A DNA stretch of 40,000 nucleotides, from assembly GCA_943356435.1 (NCBI GenBank), contig CALREY010000006.1, positions 23,084 to 63,083 of the forward strand, read 5' to 3'. The position numbers and the translations under genes were made by a program. Position 1 is the first letter of the stretch. Each line of letters opens with the position of its first letter. Shown here piece after piece: positions 10,735-21,762 of this stretch. The DNA is from Candidatus Altimarinota bacterium (GTDB lineage Bacteria > Patescibacteriota > Gracilibacteria > BD1-5 > UBA6164). The notes beneath the pieces were generated by a model. The model searched no databases and was not told the DNA's origin. It was given only the letters and a program-made list of their open reading frames with translations.

Positions 10735-10790
10735 CCTCTCTCTTGAATTCTCTTCCAGCTAAAGCTGGAAAAGAGGCTACAATATAGAGA
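10735..10790 (+). repeat. CT-rich/AG-rich hairpin followed by GGCTACAATAT (related to the module at 28382-28423)
   Basis: Stem CTCTTCCAGCT/AGCTGGAAAAGAG, flanked by GAATTC and GGCTACAATATAGAG. Stands out as G+C-rich in the folD upstream region. Confidence 0.5.
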
Positions 10791-10811
10791 ATATTATTTA
10801 ACTATAAAATT

Positions 10812-11642
10812 ATGTTGATAGACTGAACAAGTGTAGCTTTGCATATATATGATAAAATCAAAGCAAAAGTAGCTAATATGGATACTAAACCTACATTGTG
10901 AGCTATTTTGGTGTGAAATAGTCCTGCTAGTCTGAGATATATTAAACAAAAGAGAAAATGGGCTGATTATACATGAGTTAATTTCAAATTATTAGAATTA
11001 GATGCAGATATTTCTGAAAAAAAATTATTAAAAAAAATAGAAAAATTCAATGAAGATGATGATATATCTGGATACATAGTACAATTACCTCTACCTAAAC
11101 ATATAGATGAAAATAATATAATAAATGCTATAAAACCAGAAAAAGATGTAGACTGATTTCATCCTATAAATCAATGAAAAGTATTGATATGAGATAAATC
11201 ATGACTAGAACCATGTACTCCTGCATGAATAATAAAAATACTGAAATCTCTAGATATAGAATTTCACTGACAAATAGTATGTGTAATAGGTAGAAGTAAC
11301 ATAGTAGGTAAACCAGTAAGTGCATTACTAATAAACGAGTGAGCAACTGTGATAACATGTAATAGCTCTACTCCAAATATATCAGACTTCACTAAAAAAG
11401 CAGATATAGTAATAATTGCTGTTTGAAAACCAGAATTGTTAAAAGAAAATATGCTAAAAAAATGAAGTATTGTTATAGATGTATGATTTACAGTAGTAGA
11501 TGAAAAAATATATTGAGATGCAGATACAGCAAATATCGACAAAGCATGACATAGAGTTACACCAGTACCTGGATGAGTATGACCATTAACAGTTGCTATA
11601 CTGATAAAAAACACATTAAAAGCTGCTAAAAATAAAAATTAA
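10812..11642 (+). CDS. folD: bifunctional methylenetetrahydrofolate dehydrogenase/cyclohydrolase
   Basis: 276 codons. Motifs DVDGFHP, GRSNIVGKP, PVPGGVGPLT. By hand count 19 of 23 Gly codons are TGA. Confidence 0.9.
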
Positions 11643-11715
11643 AAAAAGTCGAAAAAAGTTTTGACTTAAATAGATTTTTTAATAATATATGTCTCGCAAG
11701 TTACAGAAGTGTTAT

Positions 11716-11792
11716 GCGGGCATAGCTCAATTGGCTAGAGCATCTGCCTTCCAAGCAGAGGGTTGTGGGTTCGAGTCCCATTGCCCGCTCCA
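11716..11792 (+). tRNA. tRNA-Gly (anticodon UCC), CCA encoded
   Basis: Cloverleaf folded by hand: acceptor GCGGGCA/TGCCCGC, anticodon stem TCTGC/GCAGA, loop CTTCCAA, T-loop TTCGAGT. Confidence 0.85.
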
Positions 11793-11860
11793 TTAAAAAC
11801 TTGTAATAAAAGTAGAAAGTACTAAAGTCATTTACTACTCTCTACTTTTATTTAATATTC

Positions 11861-11937
11861 GGGTGTATAGCTCAGTTGGTTAGAGCGCACGACTGATAAT
11901 CGTGAGGTCGATGGTTCAACTCCATCTATACCCACCA
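11861..11937 (+). tRNA. tRNA-Ile (anticodon GAU), CCA encoded
   Basis: Acceptor GGGTGTA/TATACCC, anticodon stem CACGA/TCGTG, loop CTGATAA, T-arm GATGG/CCATC. Confidence 0.85.
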
Positions 11938-12045
11938 TAAAATATAGATAAAACTCTAAGGAGTTGAAAGGAGGTTTTTTATGAAGTAAAAATTTTATTG
12001 CGACGAATAGGAGCAATAAAAACGGATGGCCGACCCGAAGGGCGC

Positions 12046-12067
12046 CAACTCCATCTATACCCACCAT
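12046..12067 (+). repeat. 22-nt exact direct repeat of the tRNA-Ile 3' end (copy of 11917-11938)
   Basis: CAACTCCATCTATACCCACCAT occurs at 11917-11938 and again at 12046-12067, separated by 107 bp. Confidence 0.8.
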
Positions 12068-12072
12068 TTTAA

Positions 12073-12148
12073 CGGAAATTGGCGCAATTGGTAGCGCACG
12101 CGCTTTGGGAGCGCGGGGTTGCAGGTTCGAGTCTTGCATTTCCGACCA
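12073..12148 (+). tRNA. tRNA-Pro (anticodon UGG), CCA encoded
   Basis: Acceptor CGGAAAT/ATTTCCG, anticodon stem CGCGC/GCGCG, loop TTTGGGA, T-loop TTCGAGT. Confidence 0.85.
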
Positions 12149-12251
12149 TTTTTAAAAATACAAATTAAGCTCTATTTTAGAGCTTTTTTTAATTATGAAA
12201 AGAAAAAACTAAACTCAATGAGTTTAGTTTTTTCTTTTTTAAAACACAATT

Positions 12252-12836
12252 CTAATTTACACAAATATTTTCTAAATACTTTATTAACAAATCTTTCAAT
12301 AACTTCTCTTCCCTAAATTGAGTATAATCATAAAATCTTTTTGTTAGTTTAGTAACAAATCATATAGCATCAGATGGAAATGGATTACTATATGCTTTTT
12401 CTACTCATTTTTTTATTAATTGTATTCTTTTACTTTTATCAGCATCACTTGGGACATAATCTGCATTATTCTCTGTATATCTATCATAATATATCAGTAA
12501 ATTTTCATATATAAAAATTGATATCTCATCTATAAATTGAGTATGATTATCTTTTGAATAATATAAATTCTTTTTATAAAAATCAGAGTTATATATATCA
12601 TTAACTAACTTCGTAATATCAAAAAGATTGCATTTTATTTTTGATAATTGAAATCTAGATTTTATTATTCCAGATTCTATAATAGCATAAATCATAGATA
12701 AAAAATATACATTATATCATTCTATTTCAATTATTTTTTCTATTTCTATTGTTGATTTACTATTTAATATTACTGTAAATTCTATATATGTTTGCCCCAT
12801 TATTTCATATTCACTTGGTTTTTTAAAAAACAACAT
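12252..12836 (-). CDS. hypothetical protein
   Basis: 195 codons in code 25; extends track ORF 12405..12695 in both directions. No recognisable motifs. Confidence 0.4.
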
Positions 12837-13104
12837 ACTACATACTATTTAAAAATTATATGGATTATAATAATAAAATATCAATCATTTACAATCTATT
12901 TTTATAATTTTGTAAGTATTTATTGAAATAATTTAAATCTAGTAAACAAAAAATAAATGTAAACAACTAAATTTTGATATAAGTACAATAATTATTTATT
13001 ATTATATTTGAATTTAATTCTAAATAAATATAATAAATTGATAAATACTATGAATTATAAAATATAAAAATTTTGATAATAACTTATTTTGAAATTTTAA
13101 AATT

Positions 13105-14799
13105 ATGAACAAACTATTATTGTGAATAATCGGTGCATTTTCAATTATTATAATACTTTATATTTCTTACAATATATTTTTTAATAGTAATAAAGGTACT
13201 ACTTTTGAAGGTTATGATTCTAAGATGATAGAACAATGTAAAAGTATGCCAAATATGAATTGATGTAAAGAATATACTAAATCAATAATATGATGAGCTA
13301 ATGATTCAAAATATTATAATCCAATAGAATTAAACCAAGATGACGTTAAAAATTCAAACAAAGTAAGTGTTATTGAATTAAAAGATTGAGATGTTTATGA
13401 AATGGTTGTAACTAAAGTAATAAAGGAAATTTGAAATTCTAAAGTAGTAATGTTTGCTTATAATGGAAGTGTTCCATGACCTATTATTAAAGTAAAAAAA
13501 GGGAGTGAAATAACAATAAAATTTACAAACAAAGTAAAAGAAATAGACACTACTCTTCATTCTCATTGAATAAGAATTGAAAATAAATATGATGGTGTTC
13601 CAAAAAGTATGAATTGAAATCAAAAAGCAATTAAATATTGAGATACTTTTGTTTATAAAGTAAAATTTAAAGATGAATGAATTTATTGGTATCATCCACA
13701 TGTAAGAGAAGATTTACAAATGGAACTTTGATTGTATTGAAATTATTTAGTTAATCCTGAAACAGATGAATATTGGTCTAAAGTAAATACAGAAGAAACT
13801 ATTATTTTAGATGATATATTAATAGAAAATGATAAAATAGCACCTATAGCAAATAGTTTTTCTAATTATCTATTTTCATGAAGATATTGAAATACAATGT
13901 TAATAAATTGAGATGCTAATTATTCATTAAATGTTAAAAAATGAGAAACAGTAAGATTGTATTTTACAAATTCATCAAATACTAGAGTATATAATGTAAA
14001 TATCCCTTGAGTAAAAATGAAACTAGTATGATCAGATATGAGTAAATATGAAAACGAAACATATGTAAATAATTTTATAATTTCTCCAGCAGAAAGATAC
14101 GTAGTAGAATTATATTTTGAAAAACCTTGAAATTACAAAATACAAAATGTAACTCCATCAAAAACTTATGTACTATGAAATATAAATGTTTCAAATGCAA
14201 TTGACTTAAAAAATTATAAAAAAGAATTTGATACATTGAGAAAAAATAAAGATATAATAAGTGATATAGATAATTATAGAGAGTATTTTGATAAACCAGT
14301 TGATAAGAATTTAATTTTAGCAATATCACAAAAATGAATAAAATGATGAATGTATTCTATGTGAGATATGTTAGAATGAAATAAAGATTTTGTTATGGAT
14401 TGAATAGAATATGAAGATGCTAATATAAAATTAAATAAAATGTCTAATTCTAAAAATCTAGTTTGGAAGATAATTGATAAAGATACTCTAAATGAAAATA
14501 TGGATATAAATTGGAATTTTAAAGTATGAGATAAAGTTAAAGTAAAAATATTTAATGATAGTAATACTTTATACCACATACAACATCCTATACATTTTCA
14601 TTGACAAAGATTTTTAGTAATAAATAGAAATTGAGTTAGACAAACCAATTTAGTTTGGAAAGACACAGTTTTAGTAAAAGAATGAGAATCAGTTGATATA
14701 TTAATAGATGTAACTAATCCTGGTGATTGGATGGCTCATTGTCATATTGCAGAACATTTAACATGATGAATGATGATGAATTTTAATGTAAAAAAATAA
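13105..14799 (+). CDS. multicopper oxidase (three-cupredoxin laccase/CueO-like), paralogue 1
   Basis: 564 codons. N-terminal hydrophobic anchor. Copper-site motifs TLHSHG, WYHPH, HPIHFHG, WMAHCHIAEH. Very many in-frame TGA at Gly positions. Confidence 0.8.
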
Positions 14800-14826
14800 T
14801 ATTAAAAATTAAATATATTCATTCAC

Positions 14827-14859
14827 AAAAAAACACAACAATAATTGTTGTGTTTTTTA
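14827..14859. terminator. hairpin terminator
   Basis: A-run, stem CACAACAAT/ATTGTTGTG, T-run. Confidence 0.55.
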
Positions 14860-15411
14860 TTTCCTAAAAATACTACTTAATAAATTTTCTAGATTTTTCT
14901 CTCTTTTATGTCTTGATATCTCTCTTCCCTTTTTATCAAATTCTAGTAATTTATCATAAATTACTTTTTGCGAATCTTCTGGTCATATTTTAATTAATTC
15001 TTCTACATTATTATCTAGTCATCTCAATGTCAAAATTAGATAATCTCTTTTTTCAGGATTATTTAAAAATTCCATAAAACTTTCTCTATAATTATCAGGA
15101 AATATATAATTATTCTCATCTAAAAAATCAATAATCAATTTCTTATATGGTGTTATTTTGTAATCATAAAAATTTATTATTTTATTACATGCAACATTTA
15201 CATCATCTATTAAATACTTTATCTGAAAATGTAACTCAGTATAATTAGATATATCCAATTCTCATAATAATACATCAGTATATGCTTCTAATAATTGTTC
15301 CCTATCAATTCATGATTCAATCATATTATTTAAGTATGTGAAATCACTATAACTTTGCCTAGTATTTTCATCTTTTATCTCACTAATATCTGTAAATCTT
15401 TTATAATTCAT
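14857..15411 (-). CDS. hypothetical protein
   Basis: 185 codons in code 25, containing track ORF 15019..15258. Confidence 0.4.
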
Positions 15412-15544
15412 ATATGAAATTAATAATTAATATTTTATATTATACATATATATATTATTTTGTAAATAGATAATTATGAAATATTTTGACATTTTAGTTA
15501 ACCTAGTTAATATTTTTCCAATTATATAATATATCTTAGCAAAT

Positions 15545-17020
15545 ATGTACGATAATAAATACGATGTAATAATTATTTGATCTGGTCTTGGTTGACTAAG
15601 TGCTTGAGCCATTTTATCTCAAAAATGAAAAGATGTATTAGTATTTGAAAAACATTATTTATTTTGATGATATGCTACAAATTTTAAAAGAAAAGATTAT
15701 GAATTTGATGTTGCATTGCACCAAATATGATGATTAGAAAAAACAGGATTTAAAAATTTATTAAAAAATATTTGAGTATTAAGTAAATTAAAACTTATAA
15801 AACACAAATATCTATATGAAGCTATTTACCCTGACTTTGAATTAAAAGTAGAAAATTGAAATGTATGATTATTAAAAAAAGATTTAATTAAATTATTTCC
15901 AAATGAAAGTTTTGGTATAAAATTATGGTTTTTTATGATGTCTTATATTTGATTTCAAATAAGAATATGGGATTTCTGACAAAGAAATAAATTATTCTAC
16001 CCTTTTATAATGTTTTTTGCTCCATTACTTATTCCTATACTTGCTTTTGGTAGTAATTTGAAAATATCTACATTACTTAATAAATGTACGAATGACAAAA
16101 AATTACAAAAAATATTCATGGAACTGATTGGTTATTATTGAGATGATTTAAATCTATCTGCAATTTATTATATGGTACCAAGTTATTGATACTATTTTGA
16201 TGGATGATACTATGTATATGGATGATGACAAGCCGTTTCTGATTCATTTATAGATGTAATAAAATCGAAATGATGAGAATTGATAAATAACTGTGAAGTA
16301 CTAGAAATTATATATGAGTGAGATATTGCTATATGAGTAAAAACTAGGAAATGAGAGTATTATGCAGATACAATAATATGTAATGCATCACCATTTATAT
16401 TATACGAAAAATTATTAAATAATAATCCTAAAAGTGAAAAAGAAATACAAAAATTATCTACTTATGAAATATGACCATCAATAACATCTGTATACATATG
16501 ATTGAATACAACTATAGAAAATCTAAATCCTAGATTTAAAGATAGCTATATAGTAACAATTAATGAAAATTATGAAATATCATTTGAAAAAAATAATAAT
16601 ATATGATTCACTATAACTGATAATAATCACAACAAAAATATTCCAGTATGAAAAACAGTATTAACAGCAGCGTTATTTGAAAAATATTCTCAGTGGGATA
16701 ATCTAGATATAGAAGAATACAAACAAAAAAAGAAAGAAAAAACAGAGTTATTAATAACTAGACTAGAAAAATATTTCCCTAAAATCAGAGAATTCATAGA
16801 AGTGATAGAATATGGAACACCTAAAACAATGGAAAAATATACTGGAAACAAAAACTGAGCTGTATATTGATTTAGTAAAAAAATAGGAAATGAAAAACAA
16901 TCAGATTATTGATACAAAACATATTTAGAAAATGTATATTTATCATCTGCTCGGAGTTTTGGTTGATGATTTGAATGAGTAATCAGAGCTTGAAACGAAG
17001 TTTGTAAAAAAATAAAATAA
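15545..17020 (+). CDS. FAD/NAD(P)-dependent oxidoreductase, phytoene desaturase (CrtI)-like family
   Basis: 491 codons. N-terminal dinucleotide fold DVIIIGSGLGGLSAGAILSQKGKDVLVFEKHYLFGGY, with most Gly encoded by TGA. Confidence 0.65.
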
Positions 17021-17058
17021 TAATAAAATAACATAATTAATTCAACAACACAATTATT

Positions 17059-17487
17059 ATGATCAAGAAACAAATATTTATCAATGAAATTTTCAAGTTA
17101 GTTGCAATACTAGAAAATAGCTGAGATTATATATTTTCTCAAGTTTGACTAACAGTAAAAACTTATTGAATATTATATTTAATAAGTACTTGAACAAATA
17201 CTTCTAGAGATTTACTAACTTGAACATATTGAAGCAAACCAAATATGGCAAAGAAATTAAAATTTCTAGAAGAAAACTGATTCATAAATAGAAATATAGA
17301 TTTAGAAGATAAAAGAATATTTAGATTTACAATGACAAAAAAAGCAATAAATACTCTAGAGAAAATATCACCAATTTATGAAAAAAATATTTCAAGACTA
17401 TTTGATAATATAGATGATGAAACATTAAAAAATAGTTTATGAGTAGTAGACCAAATGATAAATAATTTAAAAATATGTAACAAATAA
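17059..17487 (+). CDS. MarR-family transcriptional regulator
   Basis: 142 codons. Winged-helix pattern of MarR type (MAKKLKFLEENGFINR..DLEDKRIFRFTMTKKA). Confidence 0.6.
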
Positions 17488-17506
17488 AACCACAAAAATT
17501 GTGGTT

Positions 17507-17935
17507 TTATTTGTTATTTTCAGATATTTTATTCATTAAGTATTCCAAAAACCTATCAGGTTTACTTTGAAATTTTAATTTTTTAGCATCTTGAACAGAA
17601 TAATATTTACATCCAGATCATTCAAGAACAGTGAAATCAGTGTGTAATAAATCAGTTTTTAGCAAAAAAATATGCCTAAATAGAAATCTATTTGTCTTAG
17701 AATTATATGAAATATATTCTCAAATATATTTATAATCCATAGTTCACATATCTATATCCAACTCTTCCTTTGATTCTCTATGAAATGCATCTATTGCACA
17801 TTCTCAATACTCTATTCATCCACCAAAAAAAGCCCATTCTTCTCAGTGTTTTGAATAATCTCATCTCTCTTGAAGTAATAATTCATTATTAGAATTATAG
17901 ATTGCAGCTATGACTACTTTTTTTGTGATTAACAT
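17507..17935 (-). CDS. NUDIX hydrolase
   Basis: 143 codons. Nudix box GGGIEYGECAIDAFHRESKEELD. Confidence 0.7.
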
Positions 17936-18027
17936 ATAATTATTTAAACTTAAGTAAAATTTATTATAGTTGAAATTATTTTATATCAAATGTTTATTAT
18001 ATATATTTTTAATAATCAATATTTATA

Positions 18028-18055
18028 TTGACATATTATATTTAATATTTATAAT
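18028..18055 (+). promoter_or_regulatory. sigma70-like promoter (TTGACA-N16-TATAAT)
   Basis: TTGACA at 18028-18033 and TATAAT at 18050-18055, upstream of the CDS at 18089. Confidence 0.5.
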
Positions 18056-18088
18056 CACTGAAATTTTAATTAAAATAAACATATAAAT

Positions 18089-18493
18089 ATGAATACTATT
18101 GATAAATCAGTAGAAACTAATCTTCCTATAAAAGAAATAAGCATAAGTATACTAGAAATAACTCTAAGTGAAGACATAAAACAATTTGAGAAATTATGTG
18201 ATAAATATCAAAAACACTTATTACAAAATGAACATTTTGTAGAATTATTTTTGGATATAATAAAAAACAATTCAGCTCTATTAAACAAATTATGGAATTA
18301 TGTAAACTCAAAATATGAAGAAATAATTAATGATATGATTATTGAATTATGAGATCCTATATATGTAGGTAAAGTAAAAAATAGAACTTTTGCAGGTAAT
18401 AGTAATGATGAATTATTTAAAAATAGTGATATTTCAATAAGTGTATCAGACATAATCGCACCTAGACAAACATGATTAAAATTTATGAAATAA
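18089..18493 (+). CDS. hypothetical protein
   Basis: 134 codons; track ORF 18089..18352 extended through two TGA codons to TAA at 18491-18493. Confidence 0.45.
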
Positions 18494-18501
18494 GAAAAAT
18501 T

Positions 18502-18530
18502 AAAAAGGAGCTGTAGTAGCTCCTTTTTTT
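18502..18530. terminator. bidirectional hairpin terminator
   Basis: A-run, stem GGAGCT/AGCTCC, T-run, between convergent genes. Confidence 0.55.
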
Positions 18531-18531
18531 A

Positions 18532-18801
18532 TTACGCGAGAATGAAATAAAATTCTTGTCTTTTTTTGGTAAAATCTTGACCATTCAGATTATTAAATTC
18601 ATCTAATGTAATGATAAATTTCTTGGCTGATTCTTCATTGTCAAAAATCAAATCTTCCCCTTCATATTCTTCAGAGACCCACAAATAGGGATTTTCATCA
18701 GAATTAGGATTCTTAACCAGTCTAGGGACATCACTATTTCTTCTACGAATTTTTACTTTTTGAGTATCTGTATCAGAACCGTCTAAAAAATTATCACTCA
18801 T
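18532..18801 (-). CDS. small acidic protein (89 aa), UGA-free
   Basis: Start chosen at the ATG (rc 18799-18801) that follows AGGAG plus 6 nt. Track ORF 18532..18840 begins at an upstream TTG. Three Gly, all GGN. Uses rare GCG/CTC/CGT codons. Confidence 0.5.
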   Translation of the reverse strand: MSDNFLDGSDTDTQKVKIRRRNSDVPRLVKNPNSDENPYLWVSEEYEGEDLIFDNEESAKKFIITLDEFNNLNGQDFTKKRQEFYFILA

Positions 18802-18869
18802 TATATTCTCCTGTAATTTGATTACAAACGACATAATCAAGTCATTCTTGAAGTCTTGTAACTTTAAGT

Positions 18870-18897
18870 ATTATATATATAATATTATTATTGTCAA
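18870..18897 (-). promoter_or_regulatory. sigma70-like promoter (TTGACA-N16-TATAAT on minus strand)
   Basis: rc TTGACA at 18892-18897 and rc TATAAT at 18870-18875. Confidence 0.5.
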
Positions 18898-18902
18898 TAT
18901 TC

Positions 18903-19889
18903 TTAATTATAATTAACTAAACTATCCAATTTGTATGTATTTAAATCTATTCTGGATTGTAAACTTGATAACTTATTATCATTTAAAGATATAACGAAAG
19001 CTATATTTTCCACTTTTCATCATTCTGCTTCTAGCAAATCTATAGCAGCTTTAACAGTTCATCATGTAGCTAGTAAATCATCTATAATAGATACTGATTG
19101 TCATTTTTCTATTTTTCAAGACTGGATTTCTAGAGTAGATTTTCAGTATTCTAATCAATAATCTATACTATTTGTCTTTCATGGTAATTTACCTTTTTTC
19201 CTTAACATTATAAATGGCTTAGATAAATTTTGCGCAACTAAACTTCAAAATATAAATCACCTAGCATCGAGTCAGACTATTATATCTGAATCCTTACATT
19301 TATCTGATAATTCAAAAATAGTAAATTTCAATGCATCTGGATTTTCTAATAATTTAGAAATATCCTTGAAATTTATTCACTCAATTGGAAAATCAGGATA
19401 ATCATCTATGAAATTTGATAAATCTATTTGTGGTTTATACATATCTTTTCTAGAATCAAATTTTTGTATATTGTTATTAATCAATTCATTTACATTCAAA
19501 TCAGAACTTACATATGACAAGATATTTTCTACTAGCTCTTTAGTGATTGATTCGACTTCATTAATAGATACTTTTTCTCTAGAGTATCTATTTCTTAATC
19601 ACTGAATTTTTGTATTCCATTTTCATAATAATACTGATAATCACAAATTATCTTTTTTATTGTTGTTTCTATTTACTTCATAATCCAGTCAATATTCATG
19701 ACTCACTGATAGTACATTTACTAGTGCATCTCATGCTTCTTTATACACTTCTTGCTCATCTCATGAGATATCTGCTTCTATCAATTCGCATATTTCTTGT
19801 GTAACTTTATTTATTACATCATCTATACTGATATGAGAATATTTTTCTAATGATTTATATTTTATTATTTGATTTTCTAAGTTTTTCAT
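18903..19889 (-). CDS. apt: MazG-like NTP pyrophosphohydrolase domain fused to adenine phosphoribosyltransferase
   Basis: 329 codons. N-terminal MazG-like segment (EICELIEA..EAGDALVNVLSVSHEYGLD). C-terminal Apt segment (FKDISKLL, GLDARGFIFG, RKKGKLPG, YGLEYG, IIDDLLATGGT). Confidence 0.75.
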
Positions 19890-19898
19890 AGTTTTTTA

Positions 19899-20186
19899 TT
19901 ATAGATTAAAAATTATATGAGTAGTTCAAGTATAAGATTCATTGAATCATGGATAATCACTAGTTACTTTTATATTTTTGTATCAATTTTGTTTCAAATA
20001 AGCTTTTATTGTTCCATCTGGATCAGGACAATTACTATATCAGAGTACTACATCTACTTTGTTTCTACCACTTTCTATAGCTTCTAAAACTGCTTTATCT
20101 AGTGATTTATCACAAGCACTTGATACCTTTACTGGTTTTTTCTCTACATCATTTGCTAGAGAATTAGCTTCTTCTGCTGTTATCAT
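19899..20186 (-). CDS. hypothetical small protein
   Basis: 96 codons in code 25, with four in-frame TGA. Confidence 0.4.
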
Positions 20187-20344
20187 ATATATTAAATTAG
20201 TAAATAAGTACTAGCAATATAATGCAAATAGTAAAAAATATTTAATTAAATAACTATTTGTAACAATTAAATTTGATAATTTAATAAATATCCTTATTTT
20301 ATCAATATATTACATATTATTTTATTTATAACATTTTGTTACAT

Positions 20345-21082
20345 ATGGAAAAATACTTATCACTTTTGAAATGAATCTGATTACCAGAAAAAGCAGCAAA
20401 AATATATTTATCACTATTAGAGAATTGAAAATCTAGTATTTCAGAAATACAAAATAATATAAATATTCATAGGGTTGAGATTTATAGACTTTTACCATAT
20501 TTGATAGAATCATGATTTGTAGTAGTTACTAATGAATGAAAGAGAAAATCATACTTCCCTGCAAATCCAGAAAAAATAAATGAAGCATATTTAGAAATGC
20601 AAGAAAGAAATAAATGAACAATAAATGTACTTTTGGAAAAATATTCAAATATAGATAAAAAACCAAAAGTTATATATAAGAAGTGAGATAAATGAATAAA
20701 AAATGTGTTTAATGATATAATTGACTCACAAAAAAAATGAGATGTATTTTATCGTATCACTTCTGAAACTGATAGTGATAAAATAAATCAAAAATATTTA
20801 CCAAAAAATTATAGAGAAAAAAGAGATAAAAAAGAACTAGAAAGATATGTAATAATGTCCTCAAAAGCAGCAAAAATAAAAAAGCCTAGATTAGAAAGAG
20901 AATTAGTGATAATACCTGAAAAAATAGATGAATTCGAAGATAATATATTTATGAGTATTTATGCGAACAAAGTAGCATATATAGATTTCAATACTGAAAC
21001 ATCAATAATAATAGAAAACAAGCAAATAGCTCAATTTCAAGAAAAATTATTTAAAATGCTATTTAAAAGTTTAAAAAAGTAA
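20345..21082 (+). CDS. TrmB-like HTH transcriptional regulator
   Basis: 245 codons. N-terminal LKGIGLPEKAAKIYLSLLENGKSSISEIQNNINIHRVEIYRLL is a TrmB-type wHTH. In frame with track ORF 20855..21082. Confidence 0.55.
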
Positions 21083-21157
21083 ATTTATTAAAAATAGTTG
21101 ACTTTAATATATTTTATTTTATTATTTACTTGTAAATTAATTTTAATTATAAATAAT

Positions 21158-21724
21158 ATGAATAGTTTTAATTTTGAGACAAGTAGTTCAGATAATAAAA
21201 TAAATATTAATGAAAATGAAAAAATATTACTTAGAAAATATTCATCAACATTATTAAGTGATATAGAAAATATAGAAAATTTTGATGTTAATGAACTAAA
21301 AAAATTCTGTTTGAAATGCGAAAAATATAATGATTTTTTATGATCTGAACAAACTTTAGAAAAAAGAATAATTAGAGAAAATATTATAAAACAACTTTCA
21401 AGCAAAGATAAATATTTTCATTTAAAAATGCTTTGGTGATTTATAATTGATAAAGAATTAGAAAGTGAAATAGTTAAATTATTAAAAGAAAATGTTCCTA
21501 ATAATAATGAAGCATTTATACTTAATTGAATATTAAACAAATGAGACGAGTTTTGATTTTCTGATAAAGTGGACGCAATTTTATTAATAAATGAATCAGA
21601 TGAAGAAGAAAGAGAACAAATTGATTCTCAAGATGAATTGGATATGGATGAAGATGTAAAAATAGAAAAAAATAAGAGAGATAATAAAATAATTGAATTA
21701 GATGATTTAGATATTGTAGATTAA
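21158..21724 (+). CDS. hypothetical acidic protein
   Basis: 188 codons. Start taken at the internal ATG of track ORF 21098..21343. D/E-rich C-terminus. Terminator hairpin at 21723-21755. Confidence 0.4.
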
Positions 21725-21762
21725 AAAAAGAGTACGTAATATCGTACTCTTTTTTCTATAAA

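Noticed and set aside
11936-12048. Intact integrative element or prophage at the tRNA-Ile duplication
   Set aside because: Only 107 bp lie between the repeats and there is no integrase or other ORF. I retained it only as a possible scar.
11852-12139. 95-aa minus-strand ORF from the track
   Set aside because: It lies antisense across tRNA-Ile, the duplicated 3' end and tRNA-Pro. It is an artefact of the G+C-rich tRNA DNA lacking stops.
13378-14579. Minus-strand track ORFs 13378..13701, 14075..14329 and 14274..14579
   Set aside because: They are antisense to the motif-complete multicopper oxidase gene, with low-complexity F/I/Y/N-rich translations typical of AT-rich antisense frames.
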